A stretch of 55,775 nt of DNA, taken from positions 1 through 55,775 of the forward strand of contig JAFTZI010000061.1 of the NCBI GenBank assembly GCA_017461055.1, read 5' to 3'. The translations under genes were made by a program, and so were the position numbers. The first letter of the stretch is position 1. Each line of letters opens with the position of its first letter. Origin of the DNA: Clostridia bacterium (GTDB taxonomy: Bacteria; Bacillota; Clostridia; Oscillospirales; CAG-272). This document shows positions 44,203-54,627 of the stretch, piece after piece. The notes below the pieces were generated by a model. That model did no database searches. It was not told the DNA's origin and saw only the letters and a program-made list of their open reading frames with translations.

Positions 44203-46578
44203 ATGTCAGCAATATACGATAACGATACAAATTCAATATACGTAAGTGCCTATGAGCTATGCTCGTTTGTGTATCGCGGCGGTGACCTTTCCTCCAAAAT
44301 GGTATACGGAAACAAAAACGGTGGCACAATTGCATCCCACCGAGCTTGGAATAAAAAGCCTAATATAGTAGATGCCTACTATTTTACAACAATAGTACAC
44401 GGTACACCTATTGTTGTATATGCTCATCCTGAGGGAGTAAGGACGGAAAACGATAAGCCTGTAATTGAAAGCGTGTATTCCGTGCCCTATTCATTGGACG
44501 ACTTGAAAAACGGAGTCTTGGACTTAGCAATCGCAACCGCCATTTGCACAGCGTATATTGTAAGTGAAAGGTATAAGCTTCCATCAATCGAGGCTCACAT
44601 TACCTTTTATAAGGAAGGCAGCGATGAAAGCCGTGAATTTATGCAGGTGCTTGAAAGAGATGAGCTTGTTTTAGCGTTTGAATCAATCCTTGATCTGTTT
44701 GCTCCGTATGCAAAAATCATTAAGGAAAAAAGCGTAAATACCTTGACTCAGCTAAGTAACCTTCGCTTTCCGTTTGAGGGCGGAGCAAGAGAGGGGCAAA
44801 GGGACTTTATAATTGAAGCCTTCCGTTCAATTAAGTCACATAAAAGATTAGTGGTAGAAGCCCCCACAGGCACAGGTAAAACAATGGCATCCCTGTATCC
44901 TGCCCTTAAAAGCATAGGTAATAATGAGGCTGATAAAATATTTTACTTTACAGGCAAAACCACAACAGCATTATCTGCTCTTAATGCTATTGATATAATG
45001 AGGGAGCAAATCCCTGATCTAAGAGCAATACACATATCCTCAAAGGACAAATGCTGTGTAACCTATCCGCCAAATGCAAGACGCATATGCGACCATAAGC
45101 ATTGCCACGTAACAAGAGGCTACTACGATAAAATAAACGAAGCGATAAAAGAGCTTTTAATAAACTATCGCACATATACAAAGGATATAATCGACACAGT
45201 GTCGGCAAAATATTCAGTTTGCTCCTATGAGCTTTCCTTGGAGCTTTCCGAATGGTGCGAGCTTGTCGTGTGCGACTATAACTATCTTTTTGATTTGCAG
45301 GCGTATTTCAGAAGATATTTTGAATTTGTAGACGCAAGATACATTTTCTTAATAGACGAAAGCCACAACTTGCCCGACAGAGCAAGAGAAATGTATTCGG
45401 CTACCTTGACAAAGGAGCAATTCGTAAAAATTGCAACAAAATACAACGGAAATAAAAATTTAACCCAACCCTGTGTCGATGTTTTAGATAAATTCGAGGA
45501 ATTTCATCACCTTGCAATGACAGAAAAAATGGAGCTTGACGGCGTTATGTGCGGCTTTTACATTAACAATCAGCTGCCCGACGATATTCGTGACATTTTT
45601 GATAGCTTTTTAAAGGGCTGTGTCAAGCTTTTTTCTAAGGACAACGAGGATGACGAGCTTCATCAGCTTTATATGGATGTTAAAAAGCTTGTCAATGTTT
45701 GTGATATTTTCGACAAGCGCTTTACAATGTATATTGAGGCGCAGGGCGAAAATGTAAAGGTGCGCCTTTTATGCCTTGACCCGTCATTTCTCCTTGACAC
45801 GTGTATGAAAAAGGGTATTTCAACAATACTTTTTTCAGCTACCTTGACCCCCTTGGAATACTTTAGTGATGTGCTTGGATGCTCAAAAACTCACACCCTT
45901 AGCCTTAAATCCCCCTTTGACCCTAAAAAGCAATGCTTGATTGCAATTGATAGTGTCAGCACAAGATATGATGACAGGCAAAAGAACGCAGGAACAATAG
46001 CAAATATCATTCGCGCGGCAACTGCGGGCAAGGCAGGAAACTATATCGTTTATTTCCCGTCATATTCCTATCTTACAGAGGTAAAGGACATTTTTGTCAG
46101 CAAATTCCCCCAAATAAACGTAACAGTTCAAAAAAAGAGTATGTCCGAAAAGGCAAAGCGAGAATTTCTTGACTCCTTTGATACCAAAAAGGAAGGAACT
46201 CTTATAGGCTTTTGCGTAATGGGAGGAAGCTTTTCTGAGGGTATTGACCTTCGGGGAGAGAGGCTGATAGGAGCTTTAATTGTAGGTGTCGGCTTGCCCA
46301 CAATTTCAAGTGAATTGAATATCATTAAGGAGTACTTCGACAATACAAGGGAAACAGGCTATGCCTATGCCTATACATACCCGGGAATGAATAAGGTAAT
46401 GCAGGCGGCGGGCAGAGTAATAAGAAGTGAGGACGAAAAGGGAGTGGTTCTTTTAATTGACGACCGCTTTGCCACACCTGAATATAAAATGATAATGCCG
46501 GAATATTGGCGTCATATAAAATACATCGGCAACGCAAGGGACTTGCTCGGTGTAATAACAGAATTTTGGAAAAAATAG
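44203..46578 (+). CDS. DinG/XPD-family Fe-S ATP-dependent DNA helicase
   Basis: Q-motif REGQ, APTGTGKT, Fe-S cysteines, DYNYLFD, DESH, SATL, FSEGID, QAAGRVIR. Confidence 0.9.
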   Translation: MSAIYDNDTNSIYVSAYELCSFVYRGGDLSSKMVYGNKNGGTIASHRAWNKKPNIVDAYYFTTIVHGTPIVVYAHPEGVRTENDKPVIESVYSVPYSLDDLKNGVLDLAIATAICTAYIVSERYKLPSIEAHITFYKEGSDESREFMQVLERDELVLAFESILDLFAPYAKIIKEKSVNTLTQLSNLRFPFEGGAREGQRDFIIEAFRSIKSHKRLVVEAPTGTGKTMASLYPALKSIGNNEADKIFYFTGKTTTALSALNAIDIMREQIPDLRAIHISSKDKCCVTYPPNARRICDHKHCHVTRGYYDKINEAIKELLINYRTYTKDIIDTVSAKYSVCSYELSLELSEWCELVVCDYNYLFDLQAYFRRYFEFVDARYIFLIDESHNLPDRAREMYSATLTKEQFVKIATKYNGNKNLTQPCVDVLDKFEEFHHLAMTEKMELDGVMCGFYINNQLPDDIRDIFDSFLKGCVKLFSKDNEDDELHQLYMDVKKLVNVCDIFDKRFTMYIEAQGENVKVRLLCLDPSFLLDTCMKKGISTILFSATLTPLEYFSDVLGCSKTHTLSLKSPFDPKKQCLIAIDSVSTRYDDRQKNAGTIANIIRAATAGKAGNYIVYFPSYSYLTEVKDIFVSKFPQINVTVQKKSMSEKAKREFLDSFDTKKEGTLIGFCVMGGSFSEGIDLRGERLIGALIVGVGLPTISSELNIIKEYFDNTRETGYAYAYTYPGMNKVMQAAGRVIRSEDEKGVVLLIDDRFATPEYKMIMPEYWRHIKYIGNARDLLGVITEFWKK

Positions 46579-46588
46579 TATAAAACTA

Positions 46589-46617
46589 TTGTAAAATCGT
46601 AAATATAGTGTTATAAT
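46589..46617 (+). promoter_or_regulatory. sigmaA promoter of asnS
   Basis: TTGTAA-17 nt-TATAAT with extended TGn. Confidence 0.6.
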
Positions 46618-46658
46618 TATTCATTATATTTATCTTTTATATTATTGAGGATGGAAAT

Positions 46659-48053
46659 ATGTTAAGAACAGCTATTAAAGAAATTTTTCAAAACCCACAA
46701 AAATTTGCAGATAATGAGGTAACCGTTTGCGGTTGGGCAAGAACCATTCGCGCAAGCAATGCTTTCGGCTTCATTGAGTTAAACGACGGAAGCTATTTCT
46801 CCAATTTGCAGGTAGTTTTTGAGGAGCAATTTTTAGATAATTACAAGGAAATAGCAAAGCAAAATGTAGGCGCTTCCTTAATCGTTAAGGGTACGCTTGT
46901 TTTAACTCCCGAGGCAAAGCAGCCATTTGAGGTTAAGGCTAAGGAAATTTTGGTTGAGGGTGCTTCCACTCCCGACTACCCATTGCAAAAGAAAAGACAT
47001 ACCCTTGAATACCTTCGTACAATAGCGCACCTTCGTCCAAGAACAAATTTGTTCAGCGCGGTTTTCAGAGTTCGCTCTGTTGCAGCCTTTGCAATTCATA
47101 AGTTCTTTAACGAAAGAAACTTTGTGTACGTTCACACACCCATTATAACAGGCAGTGACTGTGAGGGCGCAGGCGAAATGTTCCGCCTTACCACTCTTGA
47201 CCTTGATAACTTACCAAGAACCGAGGACGGAAAAATTGACTTTACAAAGGATTTCTTTGGTAAGAGTGTTAACCTAACCGTTTCAGGTCAGCTAAGCGCT
47301 GAAACCTATGCTATGGCATTTGCAAACGTGTACACCTTCGGCCCTACCTTCCGTGCAGAAAAGTCAAACACAGCCCGTCACGCAGCAGAATTCTGGATGA
47401 TGGAGCCTGAAATTGCCTTTGCAGACCTTAAGGACGATATGGCTCTTGCCGAGGACATGATTAAGTATGTTGTTAAGTACGTAATGCAGGAGTGCCCTGC
47501 GGAAATCGAGTTCTTTAACAAGTTTGTTGATACAACTCTCGTTTCCCGTCTTACAAACCTTGTTGAAAACGAGTTCGGTCACGTAACATATACAGAGGCT
47601 ATTGAGCTTCTTGAAAAGAGCGGAAAGAAGTTTGACTATCCTGTTAAATGGGGTATCGACCTTCAAACCGAGCACGAAAGATACATTACCGAGGAGGTAT
47701 TCGGCAAGCCTGTATTCGTAACCGATTACCCTGCTGAAATCAAGGCGTTCTATATGCGTCTGAACGACGACGGTAAAACCGTTGCGGCAATGGATATGTT
47801 AGTTCCGGGCGTTGGCGAGCTTATCGGTGGCTCACAGCGTGAGGAAAGACTTGATTATCTTCTAAAGGCAATGGAAAAGTTCAATCTTAACGAAGAAGAC
47901 TATTGGTGGTACTTAGAGCTAAGAAAATACGGTGGAACAAAGCACGCAGGCTTCGGCTTAGGCTTTGAAAGACTCATTATGTACATCACAGGCGTTGCTA
48001 ACATCCGTGATGTTGAGGCGTACCCACGTACTACCGGCAATGCCGAGTTCTAA
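46659..48053 (+). CDS. asnS: Asparagine--tRNA ligase
   Basis: [51 protein letters not shown]. Confidence 0.97.
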   Translation: MLRTAIKEIFQNPQKFADNEVTVCGWARTIRASNAFGFIELNDGSYFSNLQVVFEEQFLDNYKEIAKQNVGASLIVKGTLVLTPEAKQPFEVKAKEILVEGASTPDYPLQKKRHTLEYLRTIAHLRPRTNLFSAVFRVRSVAAFAIHKFFNERNFVYVHTPIITGSDCEGAGEMFRLTTLDLDNLPRTEDGKIDFTKDFFGKSVNLTVSGQLSAETYAMAFANVYTFGPTFRAEKSNTARHAAEFWMMEPEIAFADLKDDMALAEDMIKYVVKYVMQECPAEIEFFNKFVDTTLVSRLTNLVENEFGHVTYTEAIELLEKSGKKFDYPVKWGIDLQTEHERYITEEVFGKPVFVTDYPAEIKAFYMRLNDDGKTVAAMDMLVPGVGELIGGSQREERLDYLLKAMEKFNLNEEDYWWYLELRKYGGTKHAGFGLGFERLIMYITGVANIRDVEAYPRTTGNAEF

Positions 48054-48066
48054 ATTGGAATTAAAT

Positions 48067-48168
48067 AAGCTGCGTATTTCTGTATTGCATCCTCGGCAGT
48101 GACCTCGACGTACACGTAGTACGCCATCGTCCCCTGCCCGCGTCGCGCCTTGAAATACTTGCTTTTTT
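48067..48168 (+). other. Long GC-rich interrupted hairpin ending in a T-run (extended terminator or structured repeat element)
   Basis: Nested stems AAGC/GCTT, GTATTTC/GAAATAC, GGCAG/CTGCC, CGTAC/GTACG. Confidence 0.55.
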
Positions 48169-48442
48169 AATCACAAATCCAAATATAATGTAGGGGCGAC
48201 CATTGGTCGTCCGCAACTCAACCAAAACACGATAAGCAAAGAGTTTTCGTGTATACTTTGTTTCAACCTAAATTTTACGTTTTTGTTTAAAGATCCATTC
48301 GCTACGCTCAGGATGACAATAGAGAAAAAACAACTGTCATTCTGAGGCTTGCCGAAGAATCTGCTTTGCTTATGCAAGGCTTGAATGGCACTTCTTTAAT
48401 CACAAATCCAAACACAACGTAGGGGCGACCATTGGTCGTCCG
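48166..48442. repeat. Two 48-bp direct repeats ending in a GTAG REP, flanking a family C palindrome pair
   Basis: TTTAATCACAAATCCAAA..GTAGGGGCGACCATTGGTCGTCCG at 48166-48213 and 48395-48442; family C at 48290-48385. Confidence 0.82.
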
Positions 48443-48473
48443 TTCGGTAAATCACACAAACAGAAGGTTATTT

Positions 48474-49763
48474 ATGAAAAAATACAGCGAATTAACAAGA
48501 GAAGAGCTTGAGGCTTTACAAAAGGAGCTAAAGGCTAAATATAAGGAATATCAGGCAAAGGATTTGAAGCTTAATATGGCACGCGGTAAGCCATGTGTTG
48601 AGCAGCTTGACTTGTCAATGGGTATGATGGACGTTTTGTCCAGTGCCTCAGACCTTACCTGTGATGACGGAACAGACTGCCGTAACTACGGTGTTTTAGA
48701 CGGCATCAAGGAGGCACAGGAGCTTCTTGCAGATATGATGGAGGTTCCACCCGATAATATTATTATCTACGGTAACTCAAGCTTGAACGTAATGTATGAC
48801 ACCATTGCACGTTCAATGTCACACGGTGTTATGGGCTCAACCCCTTGGTCAAAGCTTGACAAGGTTAAGTTTTTATGCCCCGTTCCCGGCTATGACAGGC
48901 ACTTTGCCATTACTCAGTATTTCGGCATCGAAATGATACCTGTTCCAATGACTCCCGAGGGTCCTGATATGGACTTAATCGAAAAGCTTGTTAGCGAGGA
49001 CGAAAGCATTAAGGGTATTTGGTGCGTGCCAAAGTATTCAAACCCACAGGGCTATTCATACTCTGATTTGACAGTCCGTCGCTTCGCAAGGCTTGAGCCA
49101 AAGGCATCCGATTTTAGAATTTACTGGGACAACGCATACACCATTCATCACCTTTATGATGATAAGCAGGACAATTTAGTAGAAATTCTTGCTGAATGTA
49201 AGCGCGCAGGCAATCCCGACTTAGTTTATAAATTTGCATCAACATCAAAAATCAGCTTCCCCGGCTCGGGTATTGCCGCCCTTGCCTCATCACACAATAA
49301 CCTTGATGAAATCAAGGATCAGCTGGCAATACAGACCATAGGACACGATAAGGTTAATCAGCTCCGTCACGTTCGATTCTTTAAGGACATTCACGGAATG
49401 ATAGAGCATATGAGAAAGCACGCAGACATCCTTCGTCCCAAGTTCGAGGCTGTTTTGGAAATTCTTGAAAGAGAACTTGGCGGACTCGGTATCGGTGAAT
49501 GGACTAAGCCAAAGGGCGGTTATTTTATCTCCTTTGACTCCTTATCGGGATGCGCTAAGGACATTGTTGCCAAGTGCAAAAAGGCAGGCGTTGTAATGAC
49601 AGGAGCAGGCGCTACCTACCCATACGGTAAGGACCCACAGGACTCCAATATAAGAATTGCTCCGTCCTACCCACCCCTTTCCGACCTTGTTATCGCAACA
49701 GAGCTATTCACTCTTTGCGTAAAGCTTTCCAGCATAGAAAAGCTTCTTTCCGAAAAGAAATAA
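48474..49763 (+). CDS. PLP-dependent aminotransferase, class I/II (Corynebacterium AspT / Rv3722c-like aspartate aminotransferase)
   Basis: LNMARGKP, DCRNYG, CPVPGYDRHF, VPKYSNPQG, WDNAY, FASTSKISFPG, NIRIAPS; start set to ATG 48474. Confidence 0.85.
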   Translation: MKKYSELTREELEALQKELKAKYKEYQAKDLKLNMARGKPCVEQLDLSMGMMDVLSSASDLTCDDGTDCRNYGVLDGIKEAQELLADMMEVPPDNIIIYGNSSLNVMYDTIARSMSHGVMGSTPWSKLDKVKFLCPVPGYDRHFAITQYFGIEMIPVPMTPEGPDMDLIEKLVSEDESIKGIWCVPKYSNPQGYSYSDLTVRRFARLEPKASDFRIYWDNAYTIHHLYDDKQDNLVEILAECKRAGNPDLVYKFASTSKISFPGSGIAALASSHNNLDEIKDQLAIQTIGHDKVNQLRHVRFFKDIHGMIEHMRKHADILRPKFEAVLEILERELGGLGIGEWTKPKGGYFISFDSLSGCAKDIVAKCKKAGVVMTGAGATYPYGKDPQDSNIRIAPSYPPLSDLVIATELFTLCVKLSSIEKLLSEKK

Positions 49764-49769
49764 CAATAT

Positions 49770-49801
49770 AAAAGTACCGAGCCAAAAGCTCGGTATTTTT
49801 T
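49770..49801 (+). terminator. Intrinsic terminator
   Basis: AAAAGTACCGAGC-caaaa-GCTCGGTATTTTTT. Confidence 0.8.
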
Positions 49802-49873
49802 AATGTTAACCTTATTGATTTTAAATTACACATATAGTATAATAAAATAAATTATCACTAAGGAGAGTTAGCT

Positions 49874-51610
49874 ATGGAATTTAAAATTGAAGGCAATAAA
49901 TTTATAAAGGACGGAGAGGAGCTTAAGATAATTTCGGGCGCTGTCCATTACTTCAGAAATATGAGGGACACATGGCGAGATATATTCAAAAAAATGAAGG
50001 CTATGGGTCTTAATTGTGTGGAAACCTACTGCGCGTGGAATATGCACGAAAAGAAAATGGGAGAGTTCGATTTTTCGGGCAACCTTGATATTAAGGAATT
50101 TATTAATATTGCAAATGAAGAGGGCTTAATGGCAATTGTCCGCCCGGGACCTTATATTTGTGCAGAATGGGAGTTTGGTGGCTTACCCTGGTGGCTGCAA
50201 ACAATGGACGACATGGAAATTCGTTGCCAAAATAAGACATATATGGAGCGCTTTGAGATATACCTATCTCAAATATTCGACCAAATCCGTCCGCTTCTTT
50301 CAACAAACGGCGGTCCTATCATTATGATGCAATGCGAAAATGAATATGGCTACTATGGTGACGACAAGGAATACCTAAAGAAATTATACGAAATTTACCG
50401 TAAATATAATATAGACGTACCTCTTTTCACATCTGACGGAACAGGTGAGGCTGACCTGTTAGACGGTACAATTGATGGCTGTCTTGCGACACTGAACTTC
50501 GGCTCACGCGTTGAGGAAAACTTTAAGGCGCATGACAAGCTTTTCCCAAATTCCCCCAAAATGTGTATGGAAATGTGGAATGGCTGGTTCGATGCTTGGG
50601 GAGATGGCTTCCATCATACCACAAGCGCCAAGGATTACGCACAGGTGGTAGATGAAATGCTGACTCGCGGCAGCTTGAATATGTATATGCTCATAGGTGG
50701 CACTAACTTTGGCTTTACAAGCGGAGCTAACCATTATGAAAAATTTGCCCCCGACGTTACAAGCTATGATTATGATGCACCCTTAACCGAGTGCGGAGAT
50801 ATTACTCCGAAATATATGGCTTTGCGTGAGGTAATAGCTAAGCACACAGGCAAAGAATTGCCGCCTGTTCCTGCCAACAGAGCAAAAAGAGCATATGGCA
50901 AGGTAGAGCTACCGTTTGCGGCAAGCCTGTTTGATAATATGAATAAGCTATCAGCTCCCACATTTTCAAATGTGCCGAAATGTATGGAAGCATACGGACA
51001 GGGCTATGGCTATATTGCTTATGCAACAAAGCTGAACCGTGATTATGACGATGTGGATATATTCTTTGAGAGCTTAGGCGACAGAGCTCAGATTTACGTA
51101 AACAGAGCTTTACAGGGCATTGTATATGTAAACGATGATGAGCTAAAGGTAAAAATCACAGCTAAGGCAGGAGATACATTAACAATTCTTGTAGAGAATA
51201 TGGGCAGAGCCAACTTCGGACCAAAGATGATGCGCAAAAAGGGTATTGCAGGCAGACTCCTGTTGGGCAGAAGAATCCATTTTAACTGGGATGTTTATAC
51301 CTTGCCAATGGATAACCTTGACTTGCTTGAATATGGCACAGAGGCAAAGGAGCAATCCTGCTTCTATAAAGGCAGCTTCACAGTTGATAAATGCGCTGAT
51401 ACCTTCTTGTATCTTAACAGCTTCAGAAAGGGCTTCGTCCTTATAAATGGCTTTAATATCGGCAGATATTGGGAAATAGGACCGCAAAGGAGCCTATATG
51501 TTCCTGCCTCGCTTTTAAGAGAGGGCGAAAACGAAATAGTAGTTTTTGAATCCGACGGAATCAAGGGCGAAAGAGCAGTTGAGTTTTTGGATTACCCAAC
51601 ACTTCAATGA
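49874..51610 (+). CDS. GH35 beta-galactosidase (cytoplasmic)
   Basis: SGAVHYFR, RPGPYICAEWEFGGLP, ENEYG, MEMWNGWFD, GGTNFG, TSYDYDAP, GRYW..GPQ; promoter TTGATT-17 nt-TATAAT. Confidence 0.93.
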   Translation: MEFKIEGNKFIKDGEELKIISGAVHYFRNMRDTWRDIFKKMKAMGLNCVETYCAWNMHEKKMGEFDFSGNLDIKEFINIANEEGLMAIVRPGPYICAEWEFGGLPWWLQTMDDMEIRCQNKTYMERFEIYLSQIFDQIRPLLSTNGGPIIMMQCENEYGYYGDDKEYLKKLYEIYRKYNIDVPLFTSDGTGEADLLDGTIDGCLATLNFGSRVEENFKAHDKLFPNSPKMCMEMWNGWFDAWGDGFHHTTSAKDYAQVVDEMLTRGSLNMYMLIGGTNFGFTSGANHYEKFAPDVTSYDYDAPLTECGDITPKYMALREVIAKHTGKELPPVPANRAKRAYGKVELPFAASLFDNMNKLSAPTFSNVPKCMEAYGQGYGYIAYATKLNRDYDDVDIFFESLGDRAQIYVNRALQGIVYVNDDELKVKITAKAGDTLTILVENMGRANFGPKMMRKKGIAGRLLLGRRIHFNWDVYTLPMDNLDLLEYGTEAKEQSCFYKGSFTVDKCADTFLYLNSFRKGFVLINGFNIGRYWEIGPQRSLYVPASLLREGENEIVVFESDGIKGERAVEFLDYPTLQ

Positions 51611-51616
51611 AAACAG

Positions 51617-51964
51617 AAGGCTGACACCTTAGGGGGCGCGTGAACCCCCAAAAACTCATACTTCGTTTCGACCCCTACACCCAAAACAAAATGGATAGAT
51701 ATATGGTGCTGTTTCAATTAGGTAAATAGCACAAATCATGCCTTCTCCTGTGGGAGAAGGGGGACCACGCAGTGGTGGATGAGGAGTAAATCCGACTTGG
51801 AAAACACCTCGTCCGTCTGCATTCGGCATCCACCTTCTCCACTGGAGAAGGTTATTTGTTTATATTATCGTACAAAAGCTTTTTTAATGAGCCAACTTGA
51901 CTTTGCCAAGGCTTGACAGATTAGGAGTAGAAATTTTCGGTTTTGCCCCTAAGGTGTCAGCCTT
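51617..51964. mobile_element. About 350-bp non-coding cassette enclosed by a perfect 19-bp inverted repeat (MITE-like element, or insertion into a terminator loop); contains family A and B repeats
   Basis: AAGGCTGACACCTTAGGGG (51617-51635) and CCCCTAAGGTGTCAGCCTT (51946-51964) followed by TTTT; family B copy at 51740-51890. Confidence 0.55.
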
Positions 51965-52032
51965 TTTTATTTAATAAGCTATCATAATTTTAAAAAAGCA
52001 GAATAGACATATATAAAAAGGAGAGTGATAGC

Positions 52033-54627
52033 TTGCAGGACAGAAAAAACGGACTAACAGACAAGGAGGTACTGTTATCAAGAGAAAAATACGGCGCAAA
52101 CAGGCTTAAGGAATATAAAAGAAAAAGCTTCTTTAAATGCTTTTTGTCTAATCTTGGCGACCCTATAATCAAGGTATTGATAGGTGCGCTGTTCATTAAT
52201 ATAATTTTTATGTTTCCTAACATAAATTGGTTTGAAAGCGGTGGAATTTTATCTTCGATTATAATAGCAACCTTGGTGTCTACCATATCGGAATACAGCA
52301 GCGAAAACAGCTTTGAAAAGCTCCGCGAGCAAAGTCAAAGCTCGGTTGCAATTGTAAAAAGAGACGGGGACGTGTGCGAAATTAACGGCGAGGACATAGT
52401 TGTAGGGGATTTGTACATTGCGGGCGCAGGAAACAGTATTTTAGCAGACGGAATTATTAAAAAAGGAGAAATCAGCCTTGACGAAAGCGCCTTGACCGGC
52501 GAAAGCAAGGAAATACATAAAAAAGCAGGAGACAGGGTGTTAAAGGGAAGCCTTGCCTTAAGCGGTGAGTGTGAAATATGCGTTGAAAGCGTTGGCGAGG
52601 GCACATATTACGGTAAGGTGGCAAGAGAATTAAGAGGAGATACAAGACCAAGCCCGCTTAAGAAAAGGTTAAGTCAGCTTGCAAAGTCAATCAGTAAGCT
52701 TGGGTATTTAGCCGCATTTTTAATAGCGCTTGCATATCTTTTTAACACCTTTATAATTGATGCGGGCTTTGAGTGGTCAAGGACACTCGGTATGCTAAGC
52801 GATATAAAATTCTTATTCTCTAAGCTGTTGAATGCACTCACCCTTGCAGTTTCAATAGTAGTTGTAGCTGTGCCTGAGGGACTTCCTATGATGATAACGG
52901 TGGTCCTTTCCTCAAATATGAAAAAAATGATGAAGGACAATGTTCTTGTTAAAAAGCTTGTGGGAATTGAAACCTCGGGAAATATAAATCTTCTCTTTAC
53001 AGATAAAACAGGAACGTTAACAGAGGGCAAGCTGAGAGTAAAGGAAATACATTTAGCAGATGGCAATACATATTCGACCTATGGCGGACTTAAAAAATCT
53101 CCAAATGTTGAAAAATATGTGACCCTGTGTGCAAATTTGTGCAATTTTGCAGCTTTAAGCGGAAAAAGAGCAATAGGCTCGGACGCGCTTGACAGATGCT
53201 TGAAGGAATATTTTATATCAAGCAGATTAGATTATAGAATAGTTAAAAAAATTCCCTTTGACAGCGACAAAAAATATTGTTGTGTAAGCGTGGAGGGTCA
53301 GGGCGAAAAAATGTGGCTCTTTAAGGGGGCGCCCGAAAAAATTATTGAGGCAAGCTGTCAATATTTAACCTCTGACGGTGAGCTGAAGCCATTGGATGCG
53401 GACACAAAAAAGAGCATATACAGTAAGCTTTCCCTCTTGGCAAGCAAGTCCTACCGAATTGTTGCCTTGGCTCAGAAGGAAAAAGGAAGCGACCTTGATT
53501 GCTTGAATTTTGTATCATTAATAGCTATAAGGGACAAAATAAGGAAGGAAGTTCCAAGGGCAATAGAGGAAGTACAAATGGCTGGCGTTGGCGTTGTAAT
53601 GATTACAGGAGATAACCCTGACACCGCCGAGGCAATTGCCAAGGAGTGCGGCATTATTTCCCCGAGGACACAAAGAAGTGAAATTATAACGGGAAAAATG
53701 CTTGAAAAATTAACTGATGAGCAATTGAAGGAGCTTCTTCCAAGGGTTGCGGTAATAGCGCGAGCCTTGCCCTCGGACAAAAGCCGACTTGTGCGCGTAG
53801 CACAGGAAATGGGATGCGTTGTAGGTATGACAGGAGACGGAATTAATGACGCCCCCTCATTAAAGGCGGCAGATGTAGGCTTTGGAATGGGTTCGGGCAC
53901 AGAGGTTGCCAAGGAGGCTTGCGATATTGTAATTTCCGATAACAATTTTGCCTCAATCGTAAAGGCGATACTTTATGGCAGAACAATATTCGAATCAATA
54001 AGAAAATTCATAATCTTTCAGCTTACAATGAACTTAGGAGCAGTCGGAATATCGCTTTTAGGCCCGTTTATCGGTGTAGATAATCCTGTAACAGTAACTC
54101 AAATGCTTTGGGTAAACATCATAATGGATACCCTTGGCGCTCTTGCCTTTGCAAAGGAGCCCTATTTGCAGGAGTATATGAAGAGAAAGCCCAAATCTAT
54201 TGATGAAAAAATTATATCAAAGGGAATGCTAAGAAAAATAGCATTTACGGGAATTTATGTGCTCATTTTGTGCGTTTGGTTCTTAAAGAGCGACACTCTC
54301 CCCCTTCTTTTAACAAAGGGAGATGACAAATACATATTAAGCGCATTCTTTGCTATGTTTATCTTTACAGGTATTTTTGCCTGCTTTACAGCAAGAACGG
54401 ACAGAATGAACATTCTTTACGGAATAGGCAAAAATAAATCCTTTTTGGCAATAATGCTGCTGATATCTGTTATGCAAATGGCTTTTATTTATTTTGGAGG
54501 GGATACCTTTAGATGCGTTCCCTTGTATTTTGGAGATTTGGTAAAGGTAATTTTAATTTCCTTTACCGTTGTAATATTTGATTTTGTAAGAAAGCTTATT
54601 AAATGGAGGAAAAAGAAATGTCAATAA
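52033..54627 (+). CDS. Calcium-translocating P-type (P2) ATPase
   Basis: LTGES, VAVPEGLP, DKTGTLT, KGAPE, MITGDN, TGDGINDAP, QMLWVNIIMD; TTG start after AAGGAG. Confidence 0.9.
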   Translation: MQDRKNGLTDKEVLLSREKYGANRLKEYKRKSFFKCFLSNLGDPIIKVLIGALFINIIFMFPNINWFESGGILSSIIIATLVSTISEYSSENSFEKLREQSQSSVAIVKRDGDVCEINGEDIVVGDLYIAGAGNSILADGIIKKGEISLDESALTGESKEIHKKAGDRVLKGSLALSGECEICVESVGEGTYYGKVARELRGDTRPSPLKKRLSQLAKSISKLGYLAAFLIALAYLFNTFIIDAGFEWSRTLGMLSDIKFLFSKLLNALTLAVSIVVVAVPEGLPMMITVVLSSNMKKMMKDNVLVKKLVGIETSGNINLLFTDKTGTLTEGKLRVKEIHLADGNTYSTYGGLKKSPNVEKYVTLCANLCNFAALSGKRAIGSDALDRCLKEYFISSRLDYRIVKKIPFDSDKKYCCVSVEGQGEKMWLFKGAPEKIIEASCQYLTSDGELKPLDADTKKSIYSKLSLLASKSYRIVALAQKEKGSDLDCLNFVSLIAIRDKIRKEVPRAIEEVQMAGVGVVMITGDNPDTAEAIAKECGIISPRTQRSEIITGKMLEKLTDEQLKELLPRVAVIARALPSDKSRLVRVAQEMGCVVGMTGDGINDAPSLKAADVGFGMGSGTEVAKEACDIVISDNNFASIVKAILYGRTIFESIRKFIIFQLTMNLGAVGISLLGPFIGVDNPVTVTQMLWVNIIMDTLGALAFAKEPYLQEYMKRKPKSIDEKIISKGMLRKIAFTGIYVLILCVWFLKSDTLPLLLTKGDDKYILSAFFAMFIFTGIFACFTARTDRMNILYGIGKNKSFLAIMLLISVMQMAFIYFGGDTFRCVPLYFGDLVKVILISFTVVIFDFVRKLIKWRKKKCQ

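Noticed and set aside
46579-46658. T-box leader for asnS (also checked upstream of proB)
   Set aside because: The promoter lies about 40 nt from the start codon and there is no T-box motif or room for one
51981-52015. sigmaE sporulation promoter for the Ca-ATPase
   Set aside because: TCATAATT resembles the -35 element but the -10 match is poor in AT-rich sequence
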